Source: Felis catus (Eukaryota). From it: a DNA stretch of 64,000 nt. The position numbers were made by a program, and so were the translations under genes. The stretch is taken from positions 32,862,001 through 32,926,000 of the forward strand of contig NC_058368.1 of NCBI RefSeq assembly GCF_018350175.1, given 5' to 3'. The notes beneath the pieces are model-generated. The model had not been told where the DNA came from and did no database searches. It saw only the letters and a list, made by a program, of their open reading frames with translations. This document shows positions 23,995-37,750 of this stretch, in pieces. Positions within the stretch are counted from its first letter, which is position 1. Each line of letters begins with the position of its first letter.

Positions 23995-25737
23995 AGATAA
24001 TAATACATTATAATAAATTCTACACATTACAGAATATTCAAATTTATAGATATTTGATGATGTTACTTTTTACAATTGTAAATATTATTGCTGAATCATG
24101 TAACTTTTCTGGCATATAAAGGAATGACTTGAATAAAGCTATAAGTAATATATAATATAAAATGATCTCATGCTATAGACAAAATATAAATTATATTATA
24201 TGTAATTTATATTGATATGTTGAAACAAGAAGAAAGAGAAATAATAAAGATTTTCATCAGGATTTTTTTCTCTCCAACGAAACTCATTCCTCTTTCAGTT
24301 GTATAACAGAAACATAAAATATTTATATATACATTAGTGTGTTTTGAGGAGTATTTCTAATAAAACTGATTAAAGAAAGATTAAAAACATTTATTGTGCT
24401 AATACTCTATTCAAAATTTAATTGACAAAATCTAACTTCTATTTCCATGACTTTAATTTTAATAGCTGTGAATAACACATGAAATGATATTGTTTTGAGT
24501 TTTTTATCCTAATGTCAATTTTCTGCACAGTGGTGTTATATAATCAGGCAACAATATTTTGGACAGTTACAAGAGGGATATCAATTTTTTTCCCCATATT
24601 TTTTCCCGGGAAGATTCAGATGCTATATTCTCCAACATTAGTCAAAAGACATCCTGGAGAAGAGAGATTCAGGGTTTTTTTGGTTAGTATTGCTCTGTTT
24701 TCTTAAATAGAAGCTTGCTGTGATCCTCTGATGAAGTAAGACTTCTATTCAGTCAAAGAAACAAAGGAGTTTGGAGCCAGGGTGCGAAGAAGATTAAAAA
24801 TGGAAGCTTCAAGGCAGTTTTCTCCAGTGCACTTGAGGAAATATAGGTTGGTCCAGCATATTTTGTGTGCTTATTATTATCTCATCTGGAGCTTATTTTC
24901 AGTTGATTTGTTCCAACTTTTTCTTTACTTTTCTTTTCAATCGTGTGTGTTAGAAGTTGTCTTTCACGTTTTACTTGCCGAGTTTTCTGCTAGTTTAGTT
25001 TTACAACTTCTTGAGATGTTCCTTATGTCCTAGATTTTCCTACTTTTGGTTTTACCTATACTCCTAAAACAGTGAAGTTTCTGGGAAGACTTACTTCTGC
25101 TTGTGTTTACTGAAACATATATATATTTTTCTATGTGTCTAGGGATAAATTGTAGCACTTCAATATTTGCTGAGCGTCAATAGTAAGGCATTCCTCTTTA
25201 CTCTTTTTACAACATTTAAGATGACAACTAGTAAGGAATGTGACATAAAATTTTCTTCTTTCAGAATTATGTTGGTTAAAATAACCTGTTAGAAGTCAGT
25301 GGGTACTCAAAGATTCGTATTTATATAGTGCTTCTATTCCCAAATAATTTTTGCAGGCATTATTTTATTTTCTCATCATATTAACCATGTTAATGCTTGG
25401 TGGGGTTAGAAATGATAACATTATCCATATTTAAGAGACAAGAAAACCAAGTCAGAAAACAGTAAAAAAGTTTTCTGAGACTAGCTGAGCAACTTAATGA
25501 CAAGGATTGAATAACAATGTATGTTTCTGCTTCCTGAAAACTCCAATATGGTTATAGATGCCCTTACAGACTCAGTTGTAATAACCAACTAAAGGATATT
25601 AAATATGAAAACTTTTCTAAAAATTTGCTCAAAACTCACTAAATATATAGAATACATGTGTCATAGTATTGATGTCTTTGAAGATCACTTAATTTATTAA
25701 ATGTATTTTTCCCTCTGGATTATTCATTTCTCAGGTG

Positions 25738-26010
25738 ATATTTTTATTTGAGTATAGTTGACACATAATATTATTTTATCTTCAGGTGTACAACTTAGTG
25801 ATTCTACATCTCTGTACATTATGCTATGCTCACCACAAACATAGCTACCGTCTGTCACCATACAAAGCTATTATGATACCATTGATACATTCCCTATGCT
25901 GTGCCTTTTATTCCCATAACTTATTCTTTTCATAACTGGAAGCTTGTGTTTCCCATTCCCCCGCACCCATTTTTCCCATCTCCCATGTCCCCCATCTGGC
26001 AACCATCACC
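25738..26010 (-). mobile_element. Carnivore L1 3'UTR fragment
   Basis: TTTGAGTATAGTTGACACATAA...TTCAGGTGTACAACTTAGTGATT...CTGGCAACCATCA. Confidence 0.85.
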
Positions 26011-26394
26011 TTAATTTACTCTTAAATAAACTCATAAGAATTTGGACAAAGCACATTAAGAGACAGCTAGCAATGTTTAAATTTCCCATTTGACTCGATT
26101 TCATAGAATCTTTTTCTCTGTTGGGGTCTCCCATCTTTCCATCTGTTATACGTGCCTTTTCTTACCTTTCTACCTTCTTAAGCATAGTTCTAATAGTTGC
26201 TTTATACTCAGTTTATGATCACTTCAATATCTCTGTCATCTTGGGACTGGCCTTTACCATTTCCCTGGAGCAAATTTCACTGTTTCCTTTGTGTGGGTTT
26301 ATGTGTGTGTATTGCATAATTTTGGTACATGTTAGACTCTCGATTCTGGTACAGTTCTCTGAAGTATTTTCTTATTATCTTCAAGTAGTATTTC

Positions 26395-27080
26395 TTTTTA
26401 ATTATAGACACATAAATGCCATATAACATTATATTAGTTTTAGATATATAGCATAATGATTTGGGATTTGTATGTACTGAGAAATGATCTCCACAATAAG
26501 TCTAGTTAGCACCTATTACCATACATAGTTATAATTTTTTCTTGTGATGAAAACTTTTCAGATTTATTCCCTACCAACTTTCAAACATGCAACATGATAT
26601 TATTAAATAAATTGTTAACTATACTATTAATAGTAATCATGTTGTACATTATATCCAATCATTTATTTATTTCATAACTAGATGTTTTTACCTGTTCACT
26701 CCCTTCACCAATTTTTCCCAACCCAAACTTCCCATCTCTGTCAACCAACAATCTGTTTTCTGTATCTATGAGCTCATTATTTTTTTGTTTATTTTAGATT
26801 CCAAATGTAAGTGAGATTATACAGTATTTGTCTTCCTCTGCCCGACTTATTTTTCTTAGCATACTTCCTCCAGGTCTGTTCATGTTGTTCCACATGGTAA
26901 GATTTTATTCTTCTTTATGGCTGAATAATATTCCACTAGATAGATAGATAGATGGATAGATAAATGAATAAAGAAAATGTGGTGTATACACATACCATTC
27001 ATCCATGAGTGGACACTGTAAAGAAGCTGCTTCCATATCTTGGCTATTGTAAATAATGCCAGTTATGTAAACAACAATGT
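26395..27080 (-). mobile_element. L1 (L1MA9/carnivore-like) 3' fragment
   Basis: atataacattatattagtttt...gattccaaatgtaagtgagatt...ttccatatcttggctattgtaaataatgc. Confidence 0.85.
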
Positions 27081-27911
27081 AAAAGGTTTGTTTTACAAAG
27101 CAGTTAAATTGGTTGGAATAAAATTCCATACTTTGAGTCTTTATGGTGGTTGGCAGGTCAAATGTCAGTTCTGGTTTTTGTTTTGTTTTGTTTTGTTTTG
27201 TTTTCCTTAGCTTCAAGTTGTTTTGAGTTGGACCCACTCATGGATTCAGGATTCATCTGGACACTGGCAGAATTTGGTGTTCTTATGTACCTCCCTACTT
27301 TCCAGCATCCTCCCTCATTTTTCAATAGTTACACTTAGCCTCTGTCTTCTAGTTCTTCACGCTAGAAATACTGCAGTTTTCTATTAGTAATTTAATACCT
27401 ACATGAATCCTGTGACCAGAGATTTCCCTCAGGCTAAAGCCATGAAAATGGGGAACTCACTCTATGCTGGTCTCTTCTTTCAGTTCTCCACTTCCTGACA
27501 AAATAAATATAAATGCCTTTTTTTTTTTTTACTTTGCATGCTATTCTCCCATCCCCAGAGATTATCTTTGTCATCAGTGGGGAGTTCAGCCTGTTAGAAG
27601 CTTATTCATACATAGTGAAAGTGAAATTATTTACATTTAATTTTAAATTTTCATTAGCAAAGTAATATATTTCCCTTCTTTTAGACTGAAGGCTATATGT
27701 TTACAGCTTTGATTAATATATATGTTGCAATAGAATATAATTGATTAAACCATTTTCCAAACTAAATCTAGTAATTATTTGAAAATGTAAAATCTGTTGT
27801 AAAGTTATTATTCATACAAAAGCCTTTTTGGATGAAGCTTTTTAATACAAATCAAATATGTGTCTTATATTTAGGGAATGCATTTAGAGATCATTAAAAA
27901 GTAATGTGATA

Positions 27912-28100
27912 GGGCCACCTGGGTGACTCAGTCAGTTAAGCATCTGACTCTTGATATCTGCTCAGGTCGTGATCTCACAGATGTGGGATCAATTCCCCCA
28001 TTGGGCTCTGTGCTGAGTGTAGAGCCTGCTTGGAATTTTCTCTTCCTTTCTCTCTGCCCCTTTCCCACTTGCACTCTCTCTCTCTCTCAAAATAAATAAC
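27912..28100 (+). mobile_element. Can-SINE (older)
   Basis: SINE head, CT tract and AAAATAAATAA tail. Confidence 0.9.
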
Positions 28101-29029
28101 CTTTAGAAATCACTTAATAAATTACAATTACAAAAAATAAAAATCAGAGGCAAAAATTATAATGGTATATTGACCATAGTGATCTTTACATGGTAACTAT
28201 TTCAATTTTCATTGAAGATTCATCGTTTTTCCACACAGCCTATGCAATTTAGGAGAATTCTTCCTACGATCTAACAGTCAGACCTAGTCAGAGCTTAGTC
28301 TAGTCTAAGCTTGTCAGTGTAATTCCATTGGTAATGCTTATTGGATCTGCAAGGGGTACATGACCCAACTCAATGTGATAAAATTGTAAGAGATATATGC
28401 AGGGAAATTCTAGGGTTATATGATCACTATTTTCCTGGCCAAACGGTGTGCATTCAGACATACAGCAGGTGTTCCTACAGCAATTTGTTCCCTATCAGAG
28501 ACTATAACCCTAAGATGAAGCAGGCAACCCAGAAGGTAGAGTAGAAGGTAGAAAGAAGCCAGATTTTTAGAAATTTTATTGTTTTTGATTCATATATACA
28601 TGACACATTAGCATGTCCTCCTTGGAACATTCTTTTTATGTAGGGTACTATATCTCTTTTATGGTTTCAAACAATTTGGAATTTTGTTGTTTCTGTTATA
28701 AATCACAACATAAAGCATTTTCACAGACATAACTTTCTCAGAAAGTGAAGATAGCAATACCATAATCTGTTATATTGTACGTTTGTGTACCCAAGTGTTT
28801 TTCTGAAATATACAATAATTACCTTGATCATAGGAAGACAAATTATTTTACATTTGCCTACGTATTTGTTTGTCTCCACTAACCTAATTTATATTTTTTC
28901 CTATATTAGCACAGCTGATTACATTCTCAAGTATATAGGGAGTGCCAATATATATTCACTGAATGAACGCATATATTGAGGAAGGACAAGAATCAGAGAA
29001 AACGGCCATTAGAATGTATGTTTTCTAGA

Positions 29030-29405
29030 TGTGGTAAACTGAATTCTTGTTCACAAATATTCAGTTTCCCATTTGTGGGAGGATAACGCCAATGCCCTTT
29101 GAACTTACTCTTAGTTCTGTGACTTGGCCAGAAAATGTGTGAAGTGTCATCTCTCAGTTCCAGGGAGAACTTTTCAGAGCCTGAGTTTGCTTTGCTGTGA
29201 TGCTGGTTCCTGATCTCTGTGATCATGGCAGCACATGTCCAGATGGGATCACTATCAGCCTGAGTCACTGAGTGACAAACATGAGCAGAGGCCCCCTTGC
29301 CAATATTATGGACATGTAACATAAATATAAACTTGGTTGTGATAACCAATTATATTTTGGTCTGGTTGCAACCACAGCATCATCTAGGCTATCATGACAG
29401 AAACA
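29030..29405 (+). mobile_element. MLT1J/I-like MaLR solo LTR
   Basis: tgtggtaaactg...atcagcctgagtcactgagtgac..atgagcagag...cacagcatcatctaggctatcatgacagaaaca. Confidence 0.7.
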
Positions 29406-29624
29406 TGATAAAAAGAACCAAAAACTTGCCTGGTAAACCCCTGGTGAAGGGCTACCTGAACACTAAGATATGGATATTAGACAGTGCCCATTTTTATGCA
29501 CAGTGCCCATTTTTATTAATCAAACATTTAAAATAATGTGTATTGTACCACATAAACCACTTAATATCAGTAATAGAAAATAACATGTTTTTATTCATAA
29601 TGACTGTGGCCACTCAAATCTATC

Positions 29625-29855
29625 TTTTTCTTTTTTTTTTTTAATTTCTTTTTAACGTTTATTTATTTTTGAGACAGGGAGAGACAGCATGAATGGGGGG
29701 AGGGTCAGAGAGAGAGGGAGACACAGAATCCGAAACAGGCTCCAGGCTCTGAGCTGTCAGCACGGAGCCTGACGCGGGGCTCGAACTCACGGACCGCGAG
29801 ATCATGACCTGAGCCGAAGTCGGATGCTTAACCGACTGAGCCACCCAGGCACCCC
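29625..29855 (-). mobile_element. Young SINEC_Fc-type
   Basis: CpG-rich; TSD tcaaatctat(c/t)ttttt. Confidence 0.96.
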
Positions 29856-31451
29856 TCAAATCTATTTTTTTCTGATAATTGTTTGATTTATCCATGATGG
29901 TGATGCCATAGCAGGGGTTTTCAGAAATATATTTTAAAAAGGGAGAAAATTTTAAATTGTAATTTGTAATGAGATTTAATGTTTCAGAGAGCCAGGCTTC
30001 CTCAAATATATAATGTTAAAGCTTTATCTGCACTTTTTAAAATATCTGTTATGATTTGGACACAAATTTAAGTTATAGAATCTGGACAATCTTGTTTTTT
30101 TCTTTCTTTTCAGATCCTTTCTCTTGCTACTAACGTTTAAGACACACAAAATTAGCAGCTGCAGAACTGCGATGATAAAATCCTCAATTAAGTTTATTAA
30201 CCATTGGGCTATGTTTTGATGCTATCATGTTTACCTAATAAAATTTTATTAATTAATCATATACAAATGTCTGGTTTATCAGTTGCTGAAATAAATAACC
30301 ATGCAACACACACACACACACACACACACGCACCACATATGTACCTGCATACAATCTTCTGAAAATTGACCAGCCATATGAGATATTTAAATGCGTCTTC
30401 TCAGAAGTCATGCTGCCTCCCCATTCAGAGCAGGTAATTTAAAATATGTGAGAAATTAAGGTGAAAGACAGTTGAGATCAAAACACCTGTACTTACAACG
30501 TAGACTATATTAGAGTATGGGTAAATATATTCAGTTTCACATAAGAACCAGTATTTCAGAGACACAGACAAGCAAACTATCATTAATATCTGGGGAATTA
30601 CCTGGGATCCTGTGGAAACACACGCTGAGTAGACAGGCATTACCTGTTGTTGTCAAGGTAACGAGTACTCTCAAATTCTTACTAACAGATTCCTTCTAGA
30701 TTATACCACACATAGTGTACCTGCTACCACCCACAACTAATATGAATGTCTTGATGTTATGCATAAGAAGGCTAATCAGTATAATAGTTTTCTTGAAACA
30801 GAACTCATAGAGAACTTCGTAAGGTTGTGCAATTTTAGTAAGTGCCCTGCGATCTCACATGTAGCCACAGGTCCATAGTGGAAATTGAGTAACAGTTTGA
30901 TCAGTTATTAGTTACATCAGTGGTCAATGTGTATCTTTTTAGTGTTCTCTCTATTTCCTTCTGAGCTAAAAGATGTCATATGACATTTTCTTTATAACGT
31001 ATTTCTTTATTTTTTCTGGAGATAACATTTCCCCTGCATGCACTTCATTTTATTTATAAAATTTATATTGGTTTTCCAGCTACTTTACCAGATCTGCCGG
31101 GCACCTACCAGTAGTTTCAAAATGCTCGCTTGTGTAAATGCCCCTTTATTTTCCCTGGCACCCTCCCTCTTGGAGCCCTGTTATATCTTGCTTTAATTTG
31201 TACTCTGACCTGATTCACTGCTAATGTTGTGAGACTGTCCTCTCATTTTGGAATTTCTACCCACAGTCTCCTCTGTTGAGATCCTCATTTGCTAGGTAGT
31301 TTGTAATAATTTCTTGGGATTAATTCATTGTTTGGTGCAGCACAGTCTCTATCAGAGTCCAAGAAAGAGGGCAAGGGAAGTCAACTTTCTAATTCTCACT
31401 TTTATAAAAAGCCTTTATTTTACATATGCACCCTTTTAATGGTTTGATAGG

Positions 31452-31917
31452 TATAGTGGATTGAATGGTGGCCCCAAAAAAGTATGTGTATGTCTTAACT
31501 CTCGTAAACAGTGAAAGTGATTTTTTTTTTTTTTTGAGAAAGGATCTTTGTAAATGTAACTAAGTTTAGGATCTAGAGATGAGATCATTCTGAGCTTAAT
31601 ATGGTCTCTAAATTCAATGACTAGTGTCCTTGTAAGAGGAAGGCATACGAAAATTTGCTTCCCAGACAAGGGGAGAAATTCATGTCAAGGTGGAAGCAGA
31701 GATTGGAGCCTTGCCCTCCCAAGCCAGGGATGCAATGCCAGGAGCCACCATAAACTGGAAGAGACAAGGATTCTCCCTGAGAGCCATAAGAGGGAGTGTG
31801 TCCCTAAAAACTTGACTTCAGAATTCTGGCCTCCATAAATTGTGAGAGAATACATTTCTATTGTTTCTATTGTTTCATTTGTAGAGATTTCTTATGCAAC
31901 ATGAGGGAACTAATAAA
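31452..31917 (+). mobile_element. MLT1C-like MaLR solo LTR
   Basis: gtggattgaatggtggccccaaaa...gagatgagatcat...ggaagcagagattggag...ttctggcctcca...gggaactaata. Confidence 0.85.
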
Positions 31918-31959
31918 GTTGGGGGAAAAATATGTAGAGAATGTCTTTACCCAGTATTG

Positions 31960-32750
31960 TGTTTCAAATTATTGCTTTTTGTTGTACTAGCATTCAACAT
32001 TGTGTTTGGAAAACTCAAGCAAGTCTGATTTTCAACAATTCGTTTAACAAATTTTGATATGTATTTCTCTGAAAACTTTAAGACATTTGCTAAATCCCTC
32101 ATGTTTTGAAATTTCATACTGATAATGTGGTATTACTATTATGATCATTGTTATTGCACACTGAGATTGCCACTCAGTGTAACTTTTCGACTATGACACA
32201 TGTCCTTCAGTTCTGGAAAGTTTTTTGTTTGTTTTAATACATCAATATTGCCTCATATTTTTTCCTATTCCTTTTTCCCATCATTATTATTTGATACTTA
32301 GATGTGATTCCGAATTGTCTCATTGTTTCTTTTCTTTCCTCCTTTCTTTTCTTTTCTTTTCTTTTCTTTTCTTTTCTTTTCTTTCTTTTCTTTTTTTTTA
32401 CCTTTTGGTCTTTTGTTATGTTTTATTTTAATTTTTAGGAAATTATGAGTTTTATCCATCACATTTGACATTTTTAAATTCTTACTAGTCTATTTTTATA
32501 TTCTAAGAGCCTTTTCTTGCTCTATATTTTTAATAGTTCACAGTTATTTGTTCTAAATGAACATTTACTATTACATTTCCAAAACATAAATCAGATATTA
32601 GTGGTTCTTTCTTCTATTTCCTTCTATTTGTGTTCATCAGAGTTCTCCTATTATTTATTTTGGTCTCTCTTTACTATTGAAAGACTCCCTGTCATATCCT
32701 CTGTTGGCTTCTTAATCATATTTTCTTGAAAATTCTACTTTGGGCTTGTC
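31960..32750 (-). mobile_element. Old L1/HAL1-like ORF1-region relic
   Basis: tagcattcaacattg...aagtctgattttc...ttttgaaatttca...catgtccttcagttctggaaagtttt, typical of old L1M/HAL1 on the reverse strand. Confidence 0.5.
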
Positions 32751-33469
32751 AGCAGTTGGGCTATTCTAACAATCTATAAATGATGATCAGTTAGTGGCTT
32801 ATATCATAAATGGAATCTACTTATATCAGTATCTAGAGTCTTCTCTGTGGAAGCTCAGTTTTTCCTAGGAATAAACCTTACAAGTGTTGCAAGTATTGGT
32901 CTGAGTGCAGGCATTTTATAAGCCAGCCTAAAAGGGGAAGTTTGGTTATCCATTTCTCATGGTCATTTTTTTGAGTTTTAAATTTTGATGTCTCACACCC
33001 ATTTTTTGTTTCCCCTAGAGAAATCCAAGCTGAAAGTGTTCCAGAAAATATTTCTATCCCTGAAGAAAGTTGGGGAAATTGCAGGTTGAAAGTTGGAGGA
33101 GAAGAAACTCATAATCCTAATCAATAACAAAGGTTAATTTTCCTATTTTCCTGATGCTCCTGGCATCTTATGCTGCAAATTTTGGAGCCTCTGAAAGTTC
33201 CTGCTGGTCAAGCTGGTTTGATTTTCTTCTGGGATCTGGGATCTGGGATTTCTTCTGGGATAAGAACCAAAGTTTAATTCATATTATTCTCTAGTTCATA
33301 TTCTTCTCTGTTAAGTTATCAACATTATTCTTTCCTGTCAATGGCAACTTGTGTCTCATTCATTGTGGAGCCCTCAGTGCCCAGAAGGCTTTTTGAAGCA
33401 TAACAGATTATGTATTAGTGCATGATGAACTGTTAAACTTTAAGATGGTATAGTCTCTAAGTATTTATT

Positions 33470-34065
33470 CTTTTATTTGAAAATAAATAAACGAGGTATA
33501 ATGGACATATAACATTATATTAGCTTCAGGTTACAAAATTATGATTTGTTCTTTGTGTACACTGGGAAAAGATTACCACAGTAAGTTTGGTCACTATCTG
33601 TCAGGATGCATGGTTACATTTTTTTTTTCTTGTGATGAAAATGTTTAACATTTACTTTCTTAGCAACTTTTAGATATGCAATAGCATGTTATTAACTATA
33701 GTTAACACACTGTATATTGAATGTCCATGACTTATGTATCCGATAACTCCATTTGGCATAACTCCCAATCATTTGCTTCTCTTCTTCATTTCACATACCC
33801 CACCCCTCTTTCCTCTGGCAACCACCAATCTGTTCTCTGTATCTATAGGTTTGGCTTTTTTTGTTTATTTGGTTTTGTTGTGTTGTGTTTTGATTTATTT
33901 GTGTGTGTATGCGTGTATTATTCCACATGTAAGTGAAATTATATGGCATTTATATTTCTCTGTATGACTTATCTCACTGAGCATAATGCCCTCAATTTCC
34001 ACCCATGTTTTTTTGCAAATGGCAAATGTCCATCCTTTTTTATGGCTGAGTAGTAGTTCCTTGTA

Positions 34066-34107
<42 letters not shown>

Positions 34108-35005
34108 TTTCTTTATCTATTTATCCATCTGTAGGCACTTAGGTTGTTTCCATATCTTGGCTATTGTATGTAATGCTACAATGTACATGGGGGTGCATAT
34201 ATAATTTCTAGTTAGTGTTTTTGTTTTCTTTGGATAAGTACCCAAGGATGGAATTGCTGGATCATAAGATAGTTCTGGTTTTAATTTTTTGAGGAAGCTC
34301 CATACTGTTTTCAATAATGGTTGTACCAATTTACATTTCCACTAATAGTGCACAAAGGTTCCCGTTTCTCCACATTCTTGCCAACACTTGTTATTTCTTG
34401 TCTTATTGATGATAGCCATTCTAACAGGCGTGTGGTGATACTGTGATTTTGACTTTCATTTCCCTGAGGATTAGTGATTTTGAGCATCTATTCATATGCC
34501 TGTTGGTTATCTGTAGGTCTTTTTTGGAGAAATATCTATTCGGATCATCTGCCTTTTTTTTAATCAGATTTTTAAAAAAATGTTTATTTATGAAAGAGAG
34601 ACAGTGCCAGCGGGGGTAGGGACAGAGAGAGAGGGAGATACAGAATCCGAAGCAGGCTCCAGACTCTGAGCTGCCAGCACAGAGCCTGACGGGCTCGAAC
34701 CCACAAACCACAAGGTTGTAACCTGAGCTGAAGTTGGATGCTTAACCAACTGGGCCACTTAGGCACCCCTCTGCCCATGAGGTTTTATAGTATATTGGAC
34801 ATTAACTTCTTGTTGGATATACGATTTACAAATATTTTCCCTCATTCAGTAGGTTGCCTTTTTATTTTATTGATGATGTCCTTTGCTGTACAAAAACGTT
34901 TTAACTTGAGGTAGTCCATTTGTTTATTTTTGCTTTTGTTGCCTTTGCTTTTGGAGTCAGATCTAAAAAAAAAAAATCATTGCCAAAACTGTAGTCAAGG
35001 AACAT
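33470..35005 (-). mobile_element. L1 3' portion (ORF2 end plus 3'UTR), with a SINE inserted
   Basis: Minus-strand track ORFs give L1 ORF2 C-terminal motifs (LVQPLLKTVWSFLKKLKPELSYDPAIP..CTPM; NRHMNRCSKSLILREM). Confidence 0.92.
34556..34769 (-). mobile_element. Can-SINE inside L1
   Basis: Full SINE; short TSD tctgcc. Confidence 0.92.
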
Positions 35006-35649
35006 AAATCTTTAGGGAAAAAAGGTGTAATGATGATAAAAAATTACAAGGCTTCTTATGAATTAACTAATTTCTTATTCTGTAATTTAATAGTAGATTA
35101 TTCTGTGAGGAATATGATATGAAAGAAAATTTATTTGAATAATAATATTGAATAAATAAATTTATCTAATCTCTTTTGAAAGGAAGAAGCATATTCTATT
35201 ATTAAGATTCAAGATATACAAATGATTTAAAATTTGGACAATGATAGAATACCATTTTATTATGCAATTATAAGTTCCATCTCTAAATAAACAATCTTTT
35301 AGGGTAAGTTTTGTAGGATAAGATGAGAGAGAAATCCAACCAAGTCTTAACTTCAATGGATAAATCTACATGCAATTTATTTAAAATGAATATAAGTTGG
35401 TTAGGGTCAATAACAAAATCCATGTTTTCTGGTAAATTAGCAGACATATAATTTGAAAAATAAATATTAAATAAATTATAGTAAAAAATAATTTTAACCC
35501 AAAAGTATGTGATAAAACTTTCTCCCATGAGTTAGGATATCATGAATAACTTAGTGAAAAGGAAATAGTCAATGAAACTTTTTTTTTGGAAAAGGGATAT
35601 AGAGTTATAAAGGAACGTGCATTTTGAAAGAAAATGGGGGAATCTCAGA

Positions 35650-36400
35650 AAAGACATAATTGAGTAAAAAACTCACACTACTCAAAAGCAATAAGCACAG
35701 AGATAGCAAGAGAAAACTATCTGGGGATTTTGTTATTAAGACAATCATGATTTTAAAATCCACAATTTTGAAATAATTTCAGACTACTTGTACCACAGAA
35801 TATTGGAGAGAAGCCAATAATGTCAGGATATGGACTATATCTACTTAAAAATAGCAAATAACATATTTCATAGAGTGTCATGGTGTAGTGATAAAAAATT
35901 CAAATTGACTTGGATAAAAGCAAAGCCTTGTGGATATAAAACTGACTGAAGTATAACAAACAAAATGTCAATGTATTTAATGGAGTGCCACAGGGATCAG
36001 TGTGAGGGCTGATCTTATTTAACAACTTAATTAATGATCTGGAAGATGGAGAAAACAGTATGTTAATGAAATTTGTAGCTGATATCAAACTGGAAGTTTT
36101 GCCAACACCAATTAACATAGCAGAATTATTTTAAAAGGAAAGTTAGAGAGGTTAGAATTCTCAAGAAGAAAAAAATAAATCATATGTTTAATTTGTTAGA
36201 AATAGAATAACCAAAAAACTTAGGGGAGAAAAAACTGAATAAACCTTAGATCTAAAATGCAGAAGGAAAACCAAAATATAAGAGAATTTTATAAACTATC
36301 ATAAATATTACATAGAATTTGGACATTTCTGGGGGTGCAAATAGTCTAAGATGTGATACTTTTTTTAAATGCAAAGTTGATTTGTACAGTTCTGTACTGA
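35650..36400 (+). mobile_element. CR1/L3 LINE reverse transcriptase relic
   Basis: From 35979: NGVPQGSV*GLILFNNLINDLEDGENSMLMKFVADIKL versus CR1 SGVPQGSVLGPxLFNIFINDL....LxKFADDTKL. Flanking MDYIYL and LERLE/FN segments are colinear. Confidence 0.85.
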
Positions 36401-36689
36401 AGTACAGAAAACAAGGTAAGTAAATTGAATATAATCATAGAAATAATACTGAAGTTTTATGGGATTTATGTCTGTCTTATAGAAAACAGCAAGTTGGAAA
36501 AAAACAGATTAATAATTAATTCAGTTTCATATAGCCACTGCAATGGAATTTGAATTTGCCAAATAAATATATTTGCATAAATGAATGGTTTGGTGTCCAC
36601 AGTGGCAGAGTTGACTTGATAGGGATCCCAGTAGTTAAATTTGCCTGAGCAGAGTTTTAAACACCTAAGTTTGCATAATTTGGTGAGGA

Positions 36690-36905
36690 ATTATAGAAAA
36701 ATTAGAGACTTTAAATTGAGAGAGTCGTATTTGGCTATGGACGTTTGCTTACCTTCGCGGAGTATCATGATCTTCCTCTGCAAATGGGATAAATACTCAT
36801 TTCTGCAGGATTATTGCAAGAATTATGAGAAGCATATTTTTAATGAAATAAAGATTATATTGTAGGTGGTCACCATATTGTAGGTACTCAATAAATTAGT
36901 TCGTT
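36690..36905 (+). mobile_element. MIR
   Basis: ttcctctgcaaatgggataaatac...caggattattgcaagaattatgag...gtaggtactcaataaat. Confidence 0.75.
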
Positions 36906-37750
36906 ACTTTGGAATTTATCCCCTGCACCTGTGTCCGTGAGCTTCCTGGATTGCAAACTGATACAAAATCACTTGAGTAATCTTGGTGTAAAGTAGCTTG
37001 AACTTAAAACTTAAACTTTGAGGTCTGAGTTGTCAATGTGTTCCACAGAAACTTTCAACTCAGTGGCCAAACGTCACTTTTTTTCCTGCACCTTAATAAA
37101 GATAGCTTTGCTCTTCGTGGGGAATAGAATAGGAAAGGGAGGATGGTAGCTCTCCTTTCCGTTGGAAACACCAGTGGAGGCAATTCTACCGATTGATCAA
37201 CTACAATCATGTGTCAGAATGATATACCTGGAGGAAATTTGTCTAAAACATATTTCACTTGAGTAGAACAAAAATGAATCTATACAGATTCGTTCGACAA
37301 ATAATTACTGAGCAGACACTATGGGTCAGGCACCATTTATGGCACTGGAGATGGAAAGGGGAAAAAGTAACTGAAAGGGAATAAGCAAAAACAGCTGCGT
37401 TCCACCCAGGCAATTATGGCAAAGGGCCGACAGGTGAGGGCGAAGGGCTGCGAGAACTTCTGGTAGCTGAGGCAATAAATCCTCTGTTCGAAAGGGAGAG
37501 GCGGTTAGTGTAGCGGATGCTGGGTAATGCTCTCCCACTTCTGGGTGTGCTAAGAAGAAGGCGAGAGAAAGAAAAACGGAAGAAGGTGTACTTATGATTT
37601 GTGATACCCTGTAAGTAAATGGCGAAGCCAATTAGCTTCTCTTTGAATTCCTGTTGGTTGGAGGTTTGCATGATTGAGAAGTATCATCACTGATAAACGT
37701 GTTGTTGAATGATCTGTTACTATTTATTGGGGAAAATATTACGGCAACAA
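36720..37750. promoter_or_regulatory. CpG-retaining putative promoter/enhancer
   Basis: I count 24 CpG in ~1 kb versus ~1 in the preceding 1.7 kb. CCAAT at 37628, MYB-type CCGTTG at 37159, CRE half-site ACGTCA at 37071, splice donors at 37434 and 37611. Confidence 0.45.

Noticed and set aside
24716..24783. Hammerhead-ribozyme-like motif CTGATGA...GAAAC with three short potential stems
   Set aside because: Stem II does not close next to the core (no R-Y pair flanking CUGAUGA/GAAA), and stem III is followed by GAGCC rather than the required UH cleavage site; consistent with chance.
30090..30300. Strong polypyrimidine splice acceptor (cag at 30111-30113)
   Set aside because: No convincing downstream donor or open coding frame, so an exon cannot be supported from sequence alone.
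37326..37671. 101-aa and 85-aa minus-strand ORFs in the CpG patch
   Set aside because: No recognisable protein similarity, the longer ORF runs into an L2 tail, and the length is explained by locally higher GC.
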